From assembly GCA_035084275.1 (NCBI GenBank), contig CM068754.1, forward strand, positions 4,030,001 to 4,094,000: a DNA stretch of 64,000 bases, read 5' to 3'. Shown here one piece after another: positions 1 to 11,976 of the stretch (positions are counted from its first letter, which is position 1; each line of letters starts with the position of its first letter). A program made the translations under genes and the position numbers. Source of the stretch: Hydrolagus colliei (taxonomy: Eukaryota). The notes under the pieces are model-generated. The model was not told where the DNA came from. It worked only from the letters and a program-made list of their open reading frames with translations, and did no database searches.

Positions 1-525
1 AAATAATATCATCTTATCCACCCAACTTAGCACAGGTACTGCAATGAATTAAGACAAGTGCCACAGGTGCTTCAATAAGTGAAGCCCCAAACAGGAAAGA
101 ATTGGGGAAGAAAGACAGAGGCAAACCACATGTGTTATTATTTCACCATAAGGGGTGGGGGAAAGGAGAAAGGTTAAATATGAGGTCACATTGCCCAGAA
201 AATGCTGTGAAAAAGTTGTACCTTGAGCTGAACCAAGGGCCACGGACAAAGATCACTAAAGCAAATCTCTGCAACCTGTCGCTACTGATTGCCACCCAGT
301 TATTCGGCAATGGTAGGATTTGGTAAGATAGGATATGGAAGATCTTACCTTTTCTCTTTTTCCCCCCGAAATATTAAAACCATTGACTATTGCATAAAGG
401 AACACAACGCCCAGTTTCTCATTTAGTACCAGCCTATAGTAACAACCTTTTGCTTCTACACAGCAGTGCCCCGTTAAATGGTTAGAAACAAGAGCATGCA
501 ACATGTATTGACTAAATTAGCAGCT

Positions 526-687
526 GTAAACAAAAGGCAAAATACTACAGATGCTGGAAATCTGAAATAAAAACAAAAGTCGCTGGAAACACGCAGCAGG
601 TCAGACAGCATCTATACTGAGAGGAAAGTGAGTTTCTCTCTCTACAGATGCTGCCTGACCTGCTGAGTGTTCTCAGCAACTTCTATT
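526..687. mobile_element. Palindromic Penelope-like (pLTR-derived) non-autonomous insert, centre deleted
   Basis: Inverted arms (gctggaaacacgcagcaggtcagacagcatctata ... tacagatgctgcctgacctgctgagtgttctcagc). Flanked by a 13-bp direct repeat TAAATTAGCAGCT at 513-525 and 688-700. Same family as 8230-8473. Confidence 0.75.
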
Positions 688-1983
688 TAAATTAGCAGCT
701 CTGGTCTATTCTATGAGCTGACAATACATTTACAGCTATTTCTATGTAATGATCCTAATGAGATGTAAATGTCTCAAGTGGGATTTATGAGTGCCAAGCA
801 TATGACGTAAGCATTTTGCTGAACACCTCTGAGAAAAGGTTTGAGGGGCGACAAGTTAACCATTTCAAACTATCTTACAATGGGAATGAACCTTTTAAAC
901 TTCTTGATATGCCTATGATATTGAGGCATTTGCTGTTTCACCTTCTGAGAGGGCCTTCCTCGTGGTGCTTTTCTAGTTCACAACTGGTAATGTTAGATAC
1001 ATTTCCATTTTGTTCTTTTCCTCCCTTGGTTTTCATGCAATTTTGTGTTTGTCTGGTATTGTCTCCCCCACTATGTGCGGGGAGACAAAAGCTCTCAACT
1101 GCTTTCAGTTGAGAGCAGAAAAGGTGACGCTTCATAAAGTGCCTCATGAGTTGGCTCTGTTCAGTGCTGTAGACAACAGTGGCTAAGAATAACATATCCC
1201 TTTTGCTCAACATAATACGGTGTTGCGTAGTCTGTGGGCGCTCCTGAAGATGACACCATCTTCATGGCCCAGCGTCATTGCCAAACATGAACTCAATCAA
1301 GCTATTATTTTGGGAAGTTCATGCATTGTTACTGACTTGAGCCTAAACCTAAGTCCGAACCCCAAGCTGTGGATTTTCTCAGAGCTCTCTATGTTGAGCT
1401 TCAAGGGAGCCGTAAAGACTTGCAAGAATTTATTTCAAGCAACGCACAATTCACAGCTTTTATCTGCAGACTTCAGAGCACATTGGCAGAGACCTATGAA
1501 CAGGGTACATGATCTGGGTTATGCAAAATACAGTTAAGGGCTTCAGAATGCAGACATTCCCTTTAAAACTGGCTCTTACTTTCTGTGTCTTTACAATTTG
1601 TGTAGAGTCTCTTTTTTACATATATAACCATATGTGGAGTGGGGAAGAACGGGCAGCAGAAGCTTCTGGAGATATCAGGAAGTGGGTGGTATGTCTGGAA
1701 TTGCCACCATGATGGTTTGGTTAAAGGAAGTAAAACAATCATACAGATGGGCCTGCCATCTGGTTTGTCTTTTATATCTAGGTCTTCTATGCAGTACATG
1801 CATTACTGTGGGTGTTTTACGATGTGTAAACACTGCTCTGATTATGCTTGGTTCCCCATGGAAAGGCTCAATAAATGTGAAAATGTCCTAAATATGGGCA
1901 ATATATCAGAAGCGCAGTGAAAGCGCAGTTTCAAGGGCAAAGGCATTTTAAAAGAGATGCGGATGTATAAGAGTTAAACTCAC

Positions 1984-2196
1984 ATTGAACCAGGATCCCT
2001 GAGAGAGCATTCTTAAACTTCTCTTTGGCTTCCTCCATCTCTTTCTCGTGCACAACTTTTTCGTTCATCAGCCTCCGAATGTGGCTGTTTGCTGACTGGA
2101 TCATGGAGTAGAAGATGTTGGCTGATCGACGGTTCACCTCCCCCCGTTCCAGCCAGGTCAGCAGGATCTGAACAGCTTCGCCGAATTTTGAGTCGT
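1984..2196 (-). CDS. ENOX2: ENOX2-like coding exon (DDSKFGEAVQILLTWLERGEVNRRSAN...ALSGILVQ), 213 nt, phase 1-1
   Basis: Translation matches the ENOX family. Acceptor ttccgcag| (AG 2198-2197), donor T|gtgag (GT 1983-1982). The next exon was not found, so the gene continues beyond the left edge. Confidence 0.95.
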
Positions 2197-2616
2197 CTGC
2201 GGAAAGATTTGAGATCGTCAACAAGCGACACGGAACAAAGCATTTCAAACTTTGTCAAACACAAATGAGAATGTCTTCTGCTGTGTGACAGAGTGGTTCA
2301 ATCAGCCACTCAATCCAACAATGGTAACATTCCTACCTTTCATGTGGTCCTCCTTGTTCTTTGAATGCAATTTATGCTCCACATACCTAAGGATGCACTT
2401 AATGTTGTGAATTCTATAGGTTGCAGGGGCGACGAGGGAAAGGAAAGAAGAGAGTAACAGGAAAGAGGATCTTTTCCTGCAAGAGTCTACACCCTCTAAT
2501 TACTATGACAATTCCCCACCTCAATATAACATAGAACGTTTTATTCCTCCAGCTCCTTTTTACCCCAATGATAAACGATCTTTAGCATTTCTAATCTTAT
2601 AGATTGAACCGTGCAT

Positions 2617-3028
2617 CAGTATTGCTTAGTGGTAGCATTCTTGCTTCAGTCATACGGTTGTGGGTTCAAGCTCCACATTGGGACTTGTAACTCACATAGT
2701 CTAACTAACACTCCAAAGCAGTGCTGGGAGTATACTGCATTGTTGGAGGTGCCATACTGTGGATCAGACTTTAAACTGTTGTCCTATCTGCCTGTTCAGC
2801 TGGACATTAAAGATCCCATTGCCCTATTCGAGAAGAAAAAGGAGATTTATTTCTCCTAATGTGCTGGCTAGTAATCCCTGAAATAAAACTGTTCACTGTC
2901 TCCAAGGATGTTTGTGCGTCATTGATGTGCAAATTGGCTGTTATCACTACATTTTACAGTAAATCCTGTGAAGTGCTTTGGGATATCATCCCGACATGAA
3001 AAGTGCAATACCAAATGTAAGGATTATA
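2617..3028 (+). mobile_element. Old tRNA-derived Deu-domain SINE (SacSINE1/AmnSINE-like)
   Basis: Degenerate A box (gcttagtggtagc) and B box (gggttcaagctcc), Deu-like core (tgtgcaaattggctg), L2-type tail (gtgaagtgctttggga...atgaaaagtgc...aaatgtaagg). Confidence 0.65.
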
Positions 3029-3634
3029 ATCCTTATTATAGCTAATTTAAAGAGGGGATGGCAAGGCAGGAGTTCTCCCTACATTTGCATGATGTGTCTG
3101 AGCATTGATCAAAATCGAGAGAAGAAAGCAATTTCTTTCTCTCCAACTGCATGAATCAGAATGCCCTCCATTTCACCTCTGCCTTTGCCGTGGCAGATCT
3201 GCCCAATGCACTGAATTCATTTGCTTTAATTTAGATGGCAATTTTGCAGACAAAGCTGCAGCCATCTGGCCAATATCTTGCCAGATCTCTCTCTCGAGCA
3301 CATCTCATCTCCAATTAAGCTTTCTTGGCTATTAACTTTGGGATATTATTCACACTGACCTTATTAGAGCAGATAATTTGGTTTCCGAAGCTCCACTGCC
3401 TCAGACTCTGAACTGAGACACCTGGGCTGCCGAGAACCTGTTTAAAAACATCACCAGGGAGACTTGAAGGGCCAGGAGGCTTAATTCAGCCGGGAATGAC
3501 CTGTGTATCTTTTTAATAACTGATTTCACCGGCCATGGAATGGAGGCTGCTACACTGGGCATTCGGCTGCATAACATTCATGCTAGGATGTGAAAAATAA
3601 AGGGGAAAAATTAAATAGTTAACGTATGAGCTAC

Positions 3635-3868
3635 CTCGCAGCTTTTCGCCCAACACAGTACTTTCATGTTCGGAATAATGCACAATCGGTGGGGGGGAGG
3701 CTGGTCGCATTCTCTCCTCTTCCATCCGTCGTCGATGGCGTTCTTCTCTTGCGATCATTCGCTGCTTACATTCCCATTCATACAGATCATCTCGGGCTTG
3801 AGCAAAGTCAACGTGGAGGCGACCTGTGTCCTTCTTATCCGTGCTGGAGCCCAATCGGATTCTGTAGC
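3635..3868 (-). CDS. ENOX2: ENOX2-like coding exon (GYRIRLGSSTDKKDTGRLHVDFAQARDDLYEWECKQR...EKLR), 234 nt, phase 1-1
   Basis: Near-identical to vertebrate ENOX2 as recalled. Acceptor ctcaacag| (AG 3870-3869), donor G|gtag (3634-3633). Confidence 0.96.
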
Positions 3869-4455
3869 CTGTTGAGGCAACACCGCAAAAGTACAGAATG
3901 CTCAAATTGTGAGGTAGAAAAGGCGCAAACACATTTGTGGTCAGTGATCGCTGTAAATAGGGCTTTAATCTAAAAACAATTCTTGCCATCACCATTTCTT
4001 TTAACAAAAATTGTTAGCCTTAACTCTGACTTTTAAATGAATGCTTGTCCTTAAGTAGTGAATGCTGATGGCATGGCTTGGATGCATGGCTGTGCTTGTG
4101 TAAGAGTTGAATTGACATAGAGAAACTGAATTGGTAAGATCACTGAAGCACTGAACCGGATCAATTATAATTCGGATTCAGGCACCCCTCCAAACCTTCT
4201 CAAGGTTTTTAGTAATAGACAAATACTTAAACAGAGACGTGGTGAATAGAACAAACACCAAAAAAAGATGCTTGTTGATTCTTATTCCGGTTCTGTTAAT
4301 TGGCAGCTTCCCCGCTTTAAAGCTTTGTGAAAACTACCACTGACGTCACCATTCTATAAATGCAAAAATGAATGTGTCAGATAGGGAAACAAACACGTAG
4401 CTGCAGCACAAGGGTAGTCCTAAAAAACAATAATTAAGTAAACAATTCCGGTTAC

Positions 4456-4662
4456 CTGACAAGAAGATAGCTTTGCCCACCATGTATTCATCTGAATAGC
4501 GAATGTGACAGAAGTTCTTCTTGCTTTTACGAATAGCTATAATTTCACCGCATTGTCCAAAGACTTCAGTAATGATGTCTTCCGTGCCATTCTCTGGCAA
4601 GCCGCCAACAAAGACTGTTTTACATCCTGGAGGCCTATCCCGCGTGGCAGGAGGTGGAATAT
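4456..4662 (-). CDS. ENOX2: ENOX2-like coding exon, RRM N-terminal part (NIPPPATRDRPPGCKTVFVGGLPENGTE...KNFCHIRY...IFLS), 207 nt, phase 1-1
   Basis: RNP2-like VFVGGL and RNP1-like KNFCHIRY motifs. Acceptor ttatttag| (4664-4663), donor G|gtaac (4455-4454). Confidence 0.96.
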
Positions 4663-7270
4663 CTAAATAAAAGGTTAACACTTAAAAATGCTGGATATCG
4701 CATTCCCGATGACAGCAGTGCAGACCATCAGTTAAGTCACTTTCATTGATTCCATTGCTTTGTAAGACGAGGCTACACTCTACTAGCTGATGAGCAAGGA
4801 ACAGGACATCTTTAGACTAGAGAAAGTACTGTATCTTCTCCATGGAAATTGAGACTTTAGATGCTGGACTGGGTTACAAAGAGCCAAATGTCAAGTAAAC
4901 ATTCACTTCAGGAATCTGGAAACTGTGAGAAATGTTATTGAGTTATGAATCGCTACAAAACACTGACAGGAACCCAGGAAACTGTGACTCTATTTTCCAT
5001 CCACCAGATCTCTAGGGAAGCTCAGTGAAGCCATTGGTGTTTTCAGGCAACCTGAACATCTCAATAGATGTTGTCATGTAAATGCGGAACTGGGTTGTTA
5101 TAGGAAATGTTTTTGGTGACCTCACTGTGCCCCACTATAAACTAATCTTTTTAACGCATTTAATTTCTCATTTTAATGCATTTAGCTTCACACAATAGAT
5201 TGTAAAGTGGATCAACTGAATGACTAATTTTGTGGCGAAATGCAGCAACCAATTGCGCAAGTTGGGGGGTTTGTGGGGGAGTTTACTCCCTCCGGCGAAC
5301 AGTAGTACACTTTTAACCCCCAACATTTATTTTTTGGTTTATGTTTTGCGACTTTCCTGAGGAGTGAGTTGCCAAATCAGTGCCATGTTAGACACACTTT
5401 ATGCTTGCAAATAATATGCAGTAGGAAACTGATTGAGACTGCCAACTCAGTTCACATTTAACCTTTAACATAAATCAAAAAGCGTCATTCCGCTAATACA
5501 TTTGAGTGAATTTCAGGCCAAATTCCAGTAGGAACGGGCGATATTGTGCCAAAGTGAGCTCCGTCACCTGGAAATCTTTAAATACTTAATAACCAATTAC
5601 CACCACCAGGCACTTTAAGCAAATAATATTTTCCTATGTTAAGAGAGAATGTGAGAGGAGATTTTATAAGGATAACTACATCAACTCCACTTTGCAGTTA
5701 GGATTTAACCCAATTGATTACCTGTACTCCCCACACTCCATGTCAGGAGTTCCTCTATACATTAACAATCTCCCTGGGTTGTCTGGTTGATTAATACCCG
5801 GCTTCAGCTTTCTGTCAGATGTTTGAGAAGATGCCAAATACCAGTGTAATTTGGTCAAGCCATTTGCCTCAACTTTGCAGGAAAAGTATGCCGTCAATTA
5901 AGTGCTGGCGAACTGACAGCACAGCAGTAGCTGGATCATATGTTGCGAGATTCAGGCACGCAGTATTTTCAGCTTCCCTGTAGGAGCAGCTGTAGCGTTC
6001 AAACAATGCCGACAAACCAAACTCCAATCCCTTAAACACCCCTGCACATTAACATAAATGAGATAATGGTGCAAACGATATCTTTTATAGTCTCTCTTTG
6101 AAGCTGCTACTTTTTTAAAATTAATAATACAGTTTTGAAAGGAACTTGAACTTGTTACAGACCTCTGCTTTGGCTCGAAAATACATTTCCTGGATTCTGC
6201 TCCAGCCCTTTTCCTTTGTATAACTAATGAATGGTTAGTTATGTTTGGCACAAAGCACTGAAAATGTCTACGGCTTTGGAGCGCAGTGCAAAACTATGAA
6301 TTTCTTTGAATTCAAACAAGCATTTAGCAACCTGCATTTATTTTCTTCGGGTTGGCGTTGGCAAGGCAGCAGTCCCGTCCTTGTGAGGAATCACAGCATT
6401 GGGGGCATTGCATTTGTGAGGGCAGCCCAGGTCAGGCTTAGAGCAGTTCAGATGCCATGCACCTGCTGCTTACATCAGTCAGCGCTGTGGGAAATCTAGG
6501 AGAGCTGTGGGAAGCCAATTATTTCTGTAAGAAATCATCCCCTCCTCACATGTGTAGCCTCACAACACTAATAATTAGCCTACAATAAAAAAATAACATT
6601 CCACCCAAATTCAACTTTACTCTCCTCCAAGTGACAGTACAGAGAGAGAGTGGGGGGGGGGGGGGGGGAAGAGAGGAATCCATTTAACTGCGCAGTTGTC
6701 GGGTATATAAAGTTTCAAAGTAGATATCAAAGCAATCCCTCCCCCAACTTTCCAGTATATTTAATTCCTATACATATGTAATCCTTTAAGCCTCTTTGAC
6801 AAAGATGCCAAGTTTCAAATGTTGTAGACCTGATGTGTGCTCTGCGTGGTTTTAAAAAGATGGCTTGACAAAGGTGAAGTTAATCTAATGCTTCACAAGG
6901 CAAGGCCTTTTTATTTAATCAATTCACCAGTTGCATATCAAATGTGTACTCCACTCCACTCTTCCCATCTAACAGAGTATGGGAGAAACATAGGACCTGT
7001 TTAGGGGAGCGAGCTGTCAAATTCATAACTTAGATAGGTATACATCGCTTCTCTGCTTTTCAATGGTTTGAGATACATAGACCGTCAGAAGCTTTACAGA
7101 ATCAAATAGAGAATAATATAGCAATTTGATATCCCTGCACAGTTTGCTGTATGTTCATTTTTTTGATTGATTGAACTTACCATTCATACCAAATTCTGAA
7201 CTTTATAAGTGATTTACCTTGAGTTCAACGTGAAAATAAAACTGATCAGCATGTACTAACGGTGACTTAC

Positions 7271-7426
7271 TTGGGTTCGGAGGAAAGAGTGTGCAGCTTT
7301 TACAGTGGATGATTTCCTTGACCACAGGTATTTCTTGGGGGATGCCAGAAGGGACGATACCCAATCGAGGTATCATTGGATTAAGAGGTGCGATTCCAGG
7401 CATCATGCCAAGGCTCGGGTCGAACT
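7271..7426 (-). CDS. ENOX2: ENOX2-like coding exon (EFDPSLGMMPGIAPLNPMIP...VVKEIIHCKSCTLFPPNP), 156 nt, phase 1-1
   Basis: The KEIIHCKSCTLFPPNP motif is diagnostic of the ENOX family. Acceptor cttatccag| (7428-7427), donor A|gtaagt (7270-7269). Confidence 0.95.
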
Positions 7427-8229
7427 CTGGATAAGCCAGAAAGAAAGATTAGGAGAATTGCAAATGGATTAACCTCTTCCACTCGAGCAGACCAAACACA
7501 CTTTTAAAAGCTAACAACCAAAAGCAGCACAGAATACCGAGACAAAAAAAATCTAAAAGTATGTTGACAATTCAAGACTTTATAACCGTATCTGTGTCAA
7601 ATGTTCAGACACATACAGCAACCCTCTGTTCATCCAATTTCATTTCCAAAGATATGAGCCAAATGTAAATTTGAGTACACCAGCAGGCGGAAGGCAGTTG
7701 CATAGCCCCATCACACCACCAGTGACAGATATACATTTCCTACTGTAGTGCCAGTAATAGAGGCTCATTCAAACCTCAATATTAAAGGCACGGATACATT
7801 TCATTCAATGCTTCCAAATGCAAATATAATATAAACATAGAGCACCATCCAATTGTCAGACACATAGAAGCACACCATTTCATTATTTGAACATATATGA
7901 ATACAACAGTTAAAATGTTACAAACACAAAAAACATACTGGGAGCATACACCCAGGGAAATAGTGGCATTGACACAGAGACTACAAATATAAACCACCGA
8001 AGGCAAAACTGCGTACCACAAAACCACTAGGGAACATACCCACAAATAGCCCGCTCAGATCCGATGACTCCACTGAGTTGCTAAGGTTTGGACACAACTT
8101 TTCCTTAGCTCCATCACTTGTGCAGCTAACACTGCTGCAAATTGACAACTCTTGAAAGGGCGATTTGAAACTCATTTTGGTTGGGATTTTAACAGACTCC
8201 TGAAATTACCTCAATAAGCATTTGTTCAA

Positions 8230-8473
8230 AACACAAAATACTACAGATGCTGGGAATCTGAAACAAAAACAGAAGTTGCTGAGGAAACTCAGCAGGTCAG
8301 GCAGCATCCATGGAGAAAGGAAAAAGAGTCAACGTTTCGGGTCTACAACCCTTCATCAGAACCGAGTTCATTTCTGACGAGAAGCTGTAGACCTGAAACG
8401 TTGACTCTTTTTCCTTTCTCCATGGATGCTGCCTGACTTGCTGAGTTTCACCAGCAACTTCTGTTTTTATTTC
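8230..8473. mobile_element. Palindromic Penelope-like insert with minimal hammerhead ribozyme motifs
   Basis: Inverted arms of about 104 bp (8258-8361 and 8372-8475). Each arm carries a CTGANGA...GAAAC motif. 13-bp TSD AGCATTTGTTCAA at 8217-8229 and 8474-8486. Confidence 0.8.
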
Positions 8474-8537
8474 AGCATTTGTTCAAGTTGTGCTTGAAAA
8501 TACAATATTTAAAGGTATTGCAATACTTACAATACTC

Positions 8538-8842
8538 GTGGAGTTCTACAACTCAGTGGTTAGAGCACTCGTGTTGCAAGCGAAAGACCTGGGTTCAATT
8601 CCAGGCAGGGCGAAACCTTGGGAAGTTTCTTTACTCCACACACCTGATAATAATTTCTCAAAGAAACAATAATAAATTGGTCATTTCAATCCAGGACTGT
8701 TTGTGGGACACTGCTGTGTGCAATTGGCTGCCGCATTTCGACCAGGTATATATTACAGTATATTCCGTGAAGCTCTTTAAGATGTCTATGAGACTTGGAA
8801 AGCAGTATATCAAATGCAAGGATTATTATTATTACTATTATT
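8538..8842 (+). mobile_element. tRNA-derived Deu-domain SINE with L2-type tail
   Basis: A box ctcagtggttagagc, B box gggttcaattcc, core gtttgtgggacactgctgtgtgcaattggctgccgc, tail aaatgcaaggattattatt. Confidence 0.9.
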
Positions 8843-11800
8843 AATAAAAGACAACTCTCTGGATATTGGCTTTGTTGCTTGGTCAGTGAAAGAGTTTGGA
8901 AATTTGTCAAGGAACTACATCTCACTGACCACCTGTGTCATAGGCCCCTCAAACACCGTTCAGAACCAAATGGCAGCAATATTGGTTCCACAAAGTCAAA
9001 TCCAATACATTGCAGTAAAAATATAATAGTAACACATCACTTCACACCACTCACAATGCTTAAATGCACCTAGCAGCATCGTCAGCGTAATACTTTGTTA
9101 GGAAAATTCAACCATAAAGGTTACTGCAGAATTGAAGTTGATTCATACCATACATTGCCTTATAGTTCAATAAACCTGTTTGATAGCTGTGAAAACGTTG
9201 AAAAAAAATGAAGAATCTGACCTTGTGCATAACCTACCAGAATGCTGGCAGTATCGAACAAATGGCTTTTGTTTGACAACAGGATTATTTCCCCCGTATC
9301 ATAATTACGGTCTGTTAAAACAAATTGTCAAAGAAAACTGATGGGTTCAGCCAAGGTGCGTTATGGCAGCAGGACTGGATTTGGTAAGGGAATTCAATCC
9401 TGTTTAGAAGATGATTATTTTTCCCCACTTGTATTGCAATAATATGAATGTCATATGAATTCCAACTTACGTCATTGCTAAAGGGCCATTAATATACTCA
9501 TTTGGTCCAGTAAATGGATTTAATGGTGAAGAATAGAGAATTCCGATTTCATGGCAAATCTATGCAGACAGCAATTTGGATACAGTTATCTATACTAGTC
9601 AGACTCTTAATCAAAATACATTTACATTGAATAAGGAATGTCACTTAATGTAATTTCCTTCAGAGTACTGAATGGACATTTGATTCATTTGGACATGTCA
9701 ATTTCTGATTTCTTTTTTTTTTACTAAGTTTCTTCAATTTGCAATCTCTTAAATACCAGACTGGCAGTTTCCCGCTTGGCATTTCTTTTTAACTCAGTGG
9801 CTGATTCACCAATTCTCTAAATCCCACAGGAAGCAATCTCATCGAACAACATAAATATGCAACTAATAAAATGTTCTAGGTAAGGGATAGTTGCCAAAAG
9901 CTTAAGTGAAATAGCATTAACATTTGTGGGGCCAAAATAATTTTCAGGGTACAGACTGAAGCTGAAGACCACCTTTCGGCAGGCTATTAGAAATTCAAAA
10001 TGAAACTATAAAAACTGGGGTGGCAGGAATGGCAGGAGTTTACCTCCCAAATTAAAGCAAGATTATAGAGGACTAGAAAATAAAACTAGACATTTTTATG
10101 GTTAACAATATGTGTTTGCCATTTAAACTACTCGGTTTATTTTGTTGAAACGTCTTATATTCTAAAAAGGAGTTATATGCTTGGCAAGACACTGAGGTAA
10201 ACAACATCTCCCTTCTGTTTGCCCAGATGAGATCAGCAAATACAGCATGGACCAGGATCTGAATGTAGGACTTTCACGGTCTACCAGACAGCATATACCT
10301 GCTGTTTTACCTTCTGTGCTATAGGGGTGAGAGGGATTACTAACGTTTCCAAATTGGCTTCCTGTTCTGGAACGAACCATCAACAACTTATTAGATCTTT
10401 ACCGTTGTATCGATGTCTAACCACATTTGGAAAAAGAAAACAACTTTGTCATCATGACTGCTGGGTATTCTGACATTTAAAAAGGTCAAACAGTCTTTCA
10501 ATAATGCATGAACAGGCAGATCACAAGCCTGCCATGTAACACTTCTTCAGATCTATAATGAACCACTAAAAAACACTATTTATTATTGATACAGAAAGTA
10601 ATTAACCACCACAATTTCTCAGTTCTGGAAGCACACAAACAGAGATGATCAGTTTGCTTCCATCAAAAAATTCTGAAATGCTCACTCTAGGAGCATTTTT
10701 ATTTCATGTTAAAATCTTTGATTTTAATTTTCTATTTTGGATTTTACCCCAAGGATTGAGCATTGGAGTTAAGAAACAAGGTGAAGTACAAGTTTAGCAG
10801 AGGAGAGTGCAAAGAATTATAATGAAGCACAAAGACTACCTTAAGCCAAAGAATCCGGATACTAATTTGGCAGAAGCTCTCTTTGTTTTAGGATTTTCTT
10901 TTAGCTGTGTTTCTTTTCACTCCTGCGATTAAAACCGTCTGAAAATTTGAGTTATTGTCGCTGGTTTCAAATTGGTGCACTTTGTGGAGCTTCCAACTAA
11001 ACTTCAGCATTTCCAAACCCCATTGTCAATATTTCTCGCATGCATCAACAACTTCATTTTCCACTCAAGACGGTAGAAATGAACAAGAGACGTGATGTGG
11101 TCATGCCCACGTAATGCGGTGATGATTCAGCATTTACTCGTCTCCATGGTGACAGATGAGGGGTTTTGATTTGCATTATTAGTCCTGCTCCACACTTAAC
11201 AATCAAGACGATTTAATAGAAATTGTCACCAGAGAAGCTAACTTTTTCTCGTGTTGTGAAATTGCTCAGCGTGTTGATGTGTCAGGGACAGATACAATTT
11301 GATTAGAACAATTTATTATTTTCTAGTGTCTCCTTGAGGTGCAATGGCAGCTTTACTGAGTAATTTCTGCCAATGAATTCATGAATAAATAATCAACCTT
11401 GCAGCTAGTGAATGTATTTCACCTGTGTGAGTGCAGCAAGAGCATTTCTGTACTAATCTCGAGATTACTGAGACCCTAATATATGGCTCCAGTGGAAGTG
11501 CACAACTACGTTATTTCATGAACAGTAAAGAACCACAATAATGTCTTTCTTATGAGACAGTTTCATTCAGTGATGGCTTGTGCTAATGAATGCTGAGCAA
11601 CTTGAGTAGCGAACTCAACAAAAATGCCGGATGACTTCAAGACTGTTCAAAGCAAAACTGGAAACTAATCCCCACTGATCCAGTTAAGCTAGTCCAGTCT
11701 GAATGGTCTCTCAACCAGTGCTCATTAAGTGAGGCTCATGGAGAACGAAGCAACAATTTGAATTTGGACCCATTCAAGTTCTCTGGAACTGCAGGAAGCA

Positions 11801-11844
11801 ATAGAACAGTGCTGACAGCCAGATGCAAAATTGTGGAACGTTAC

Positions 11845-11976
11845 CTGACATGAGCGGCTGTCCAGTTATTCCCATTGGTGCCATCCCTAGATTGTTCATG
11901 GCTGTGGCCCAGGCTGTAGGATCCGACATGGACATTCCTAGTGGGCTGGAGTCCAAACCTAGGCTTCTGATACCAT
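11845..11976 (-). CDS. ENOX2: ENOX2-like coding exon (DGIRSLGLDSSPLGMSMSDPTAWATAMNNLGMAPMGITGQPLMS), 132 nt, phase 1-1
   Basis: MSDPTAWATAMNNLGMAP matches the ENOX2 N-terminus. Acceptor gtttactccag| (11978-11977), donor G|gtaac (11844-11843). The frame is open to the 5' edge of the exon. Confidence 0.93.

Noticed and set aside
1-1983. Next ENOX2 exon (FEQIVAV...KAWDHF)
   Set aside because: Not found by eye or in the ORF track. It presumably lies beyond the left edge.
6652-6668. Poly-G tracts (also about 54167-54200) and the GACA/GGCA microsatellite near 61345-61382
   Set aside because: Ordinary simple repeats with no further supporting structure.
8538-8612. tRNA genes at SINE heads (also 19515, 38278, 53707)
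   Set aside because: A and B boxes are present, but each continues into the SINE core and tail and the cloverleaf is degenerate.
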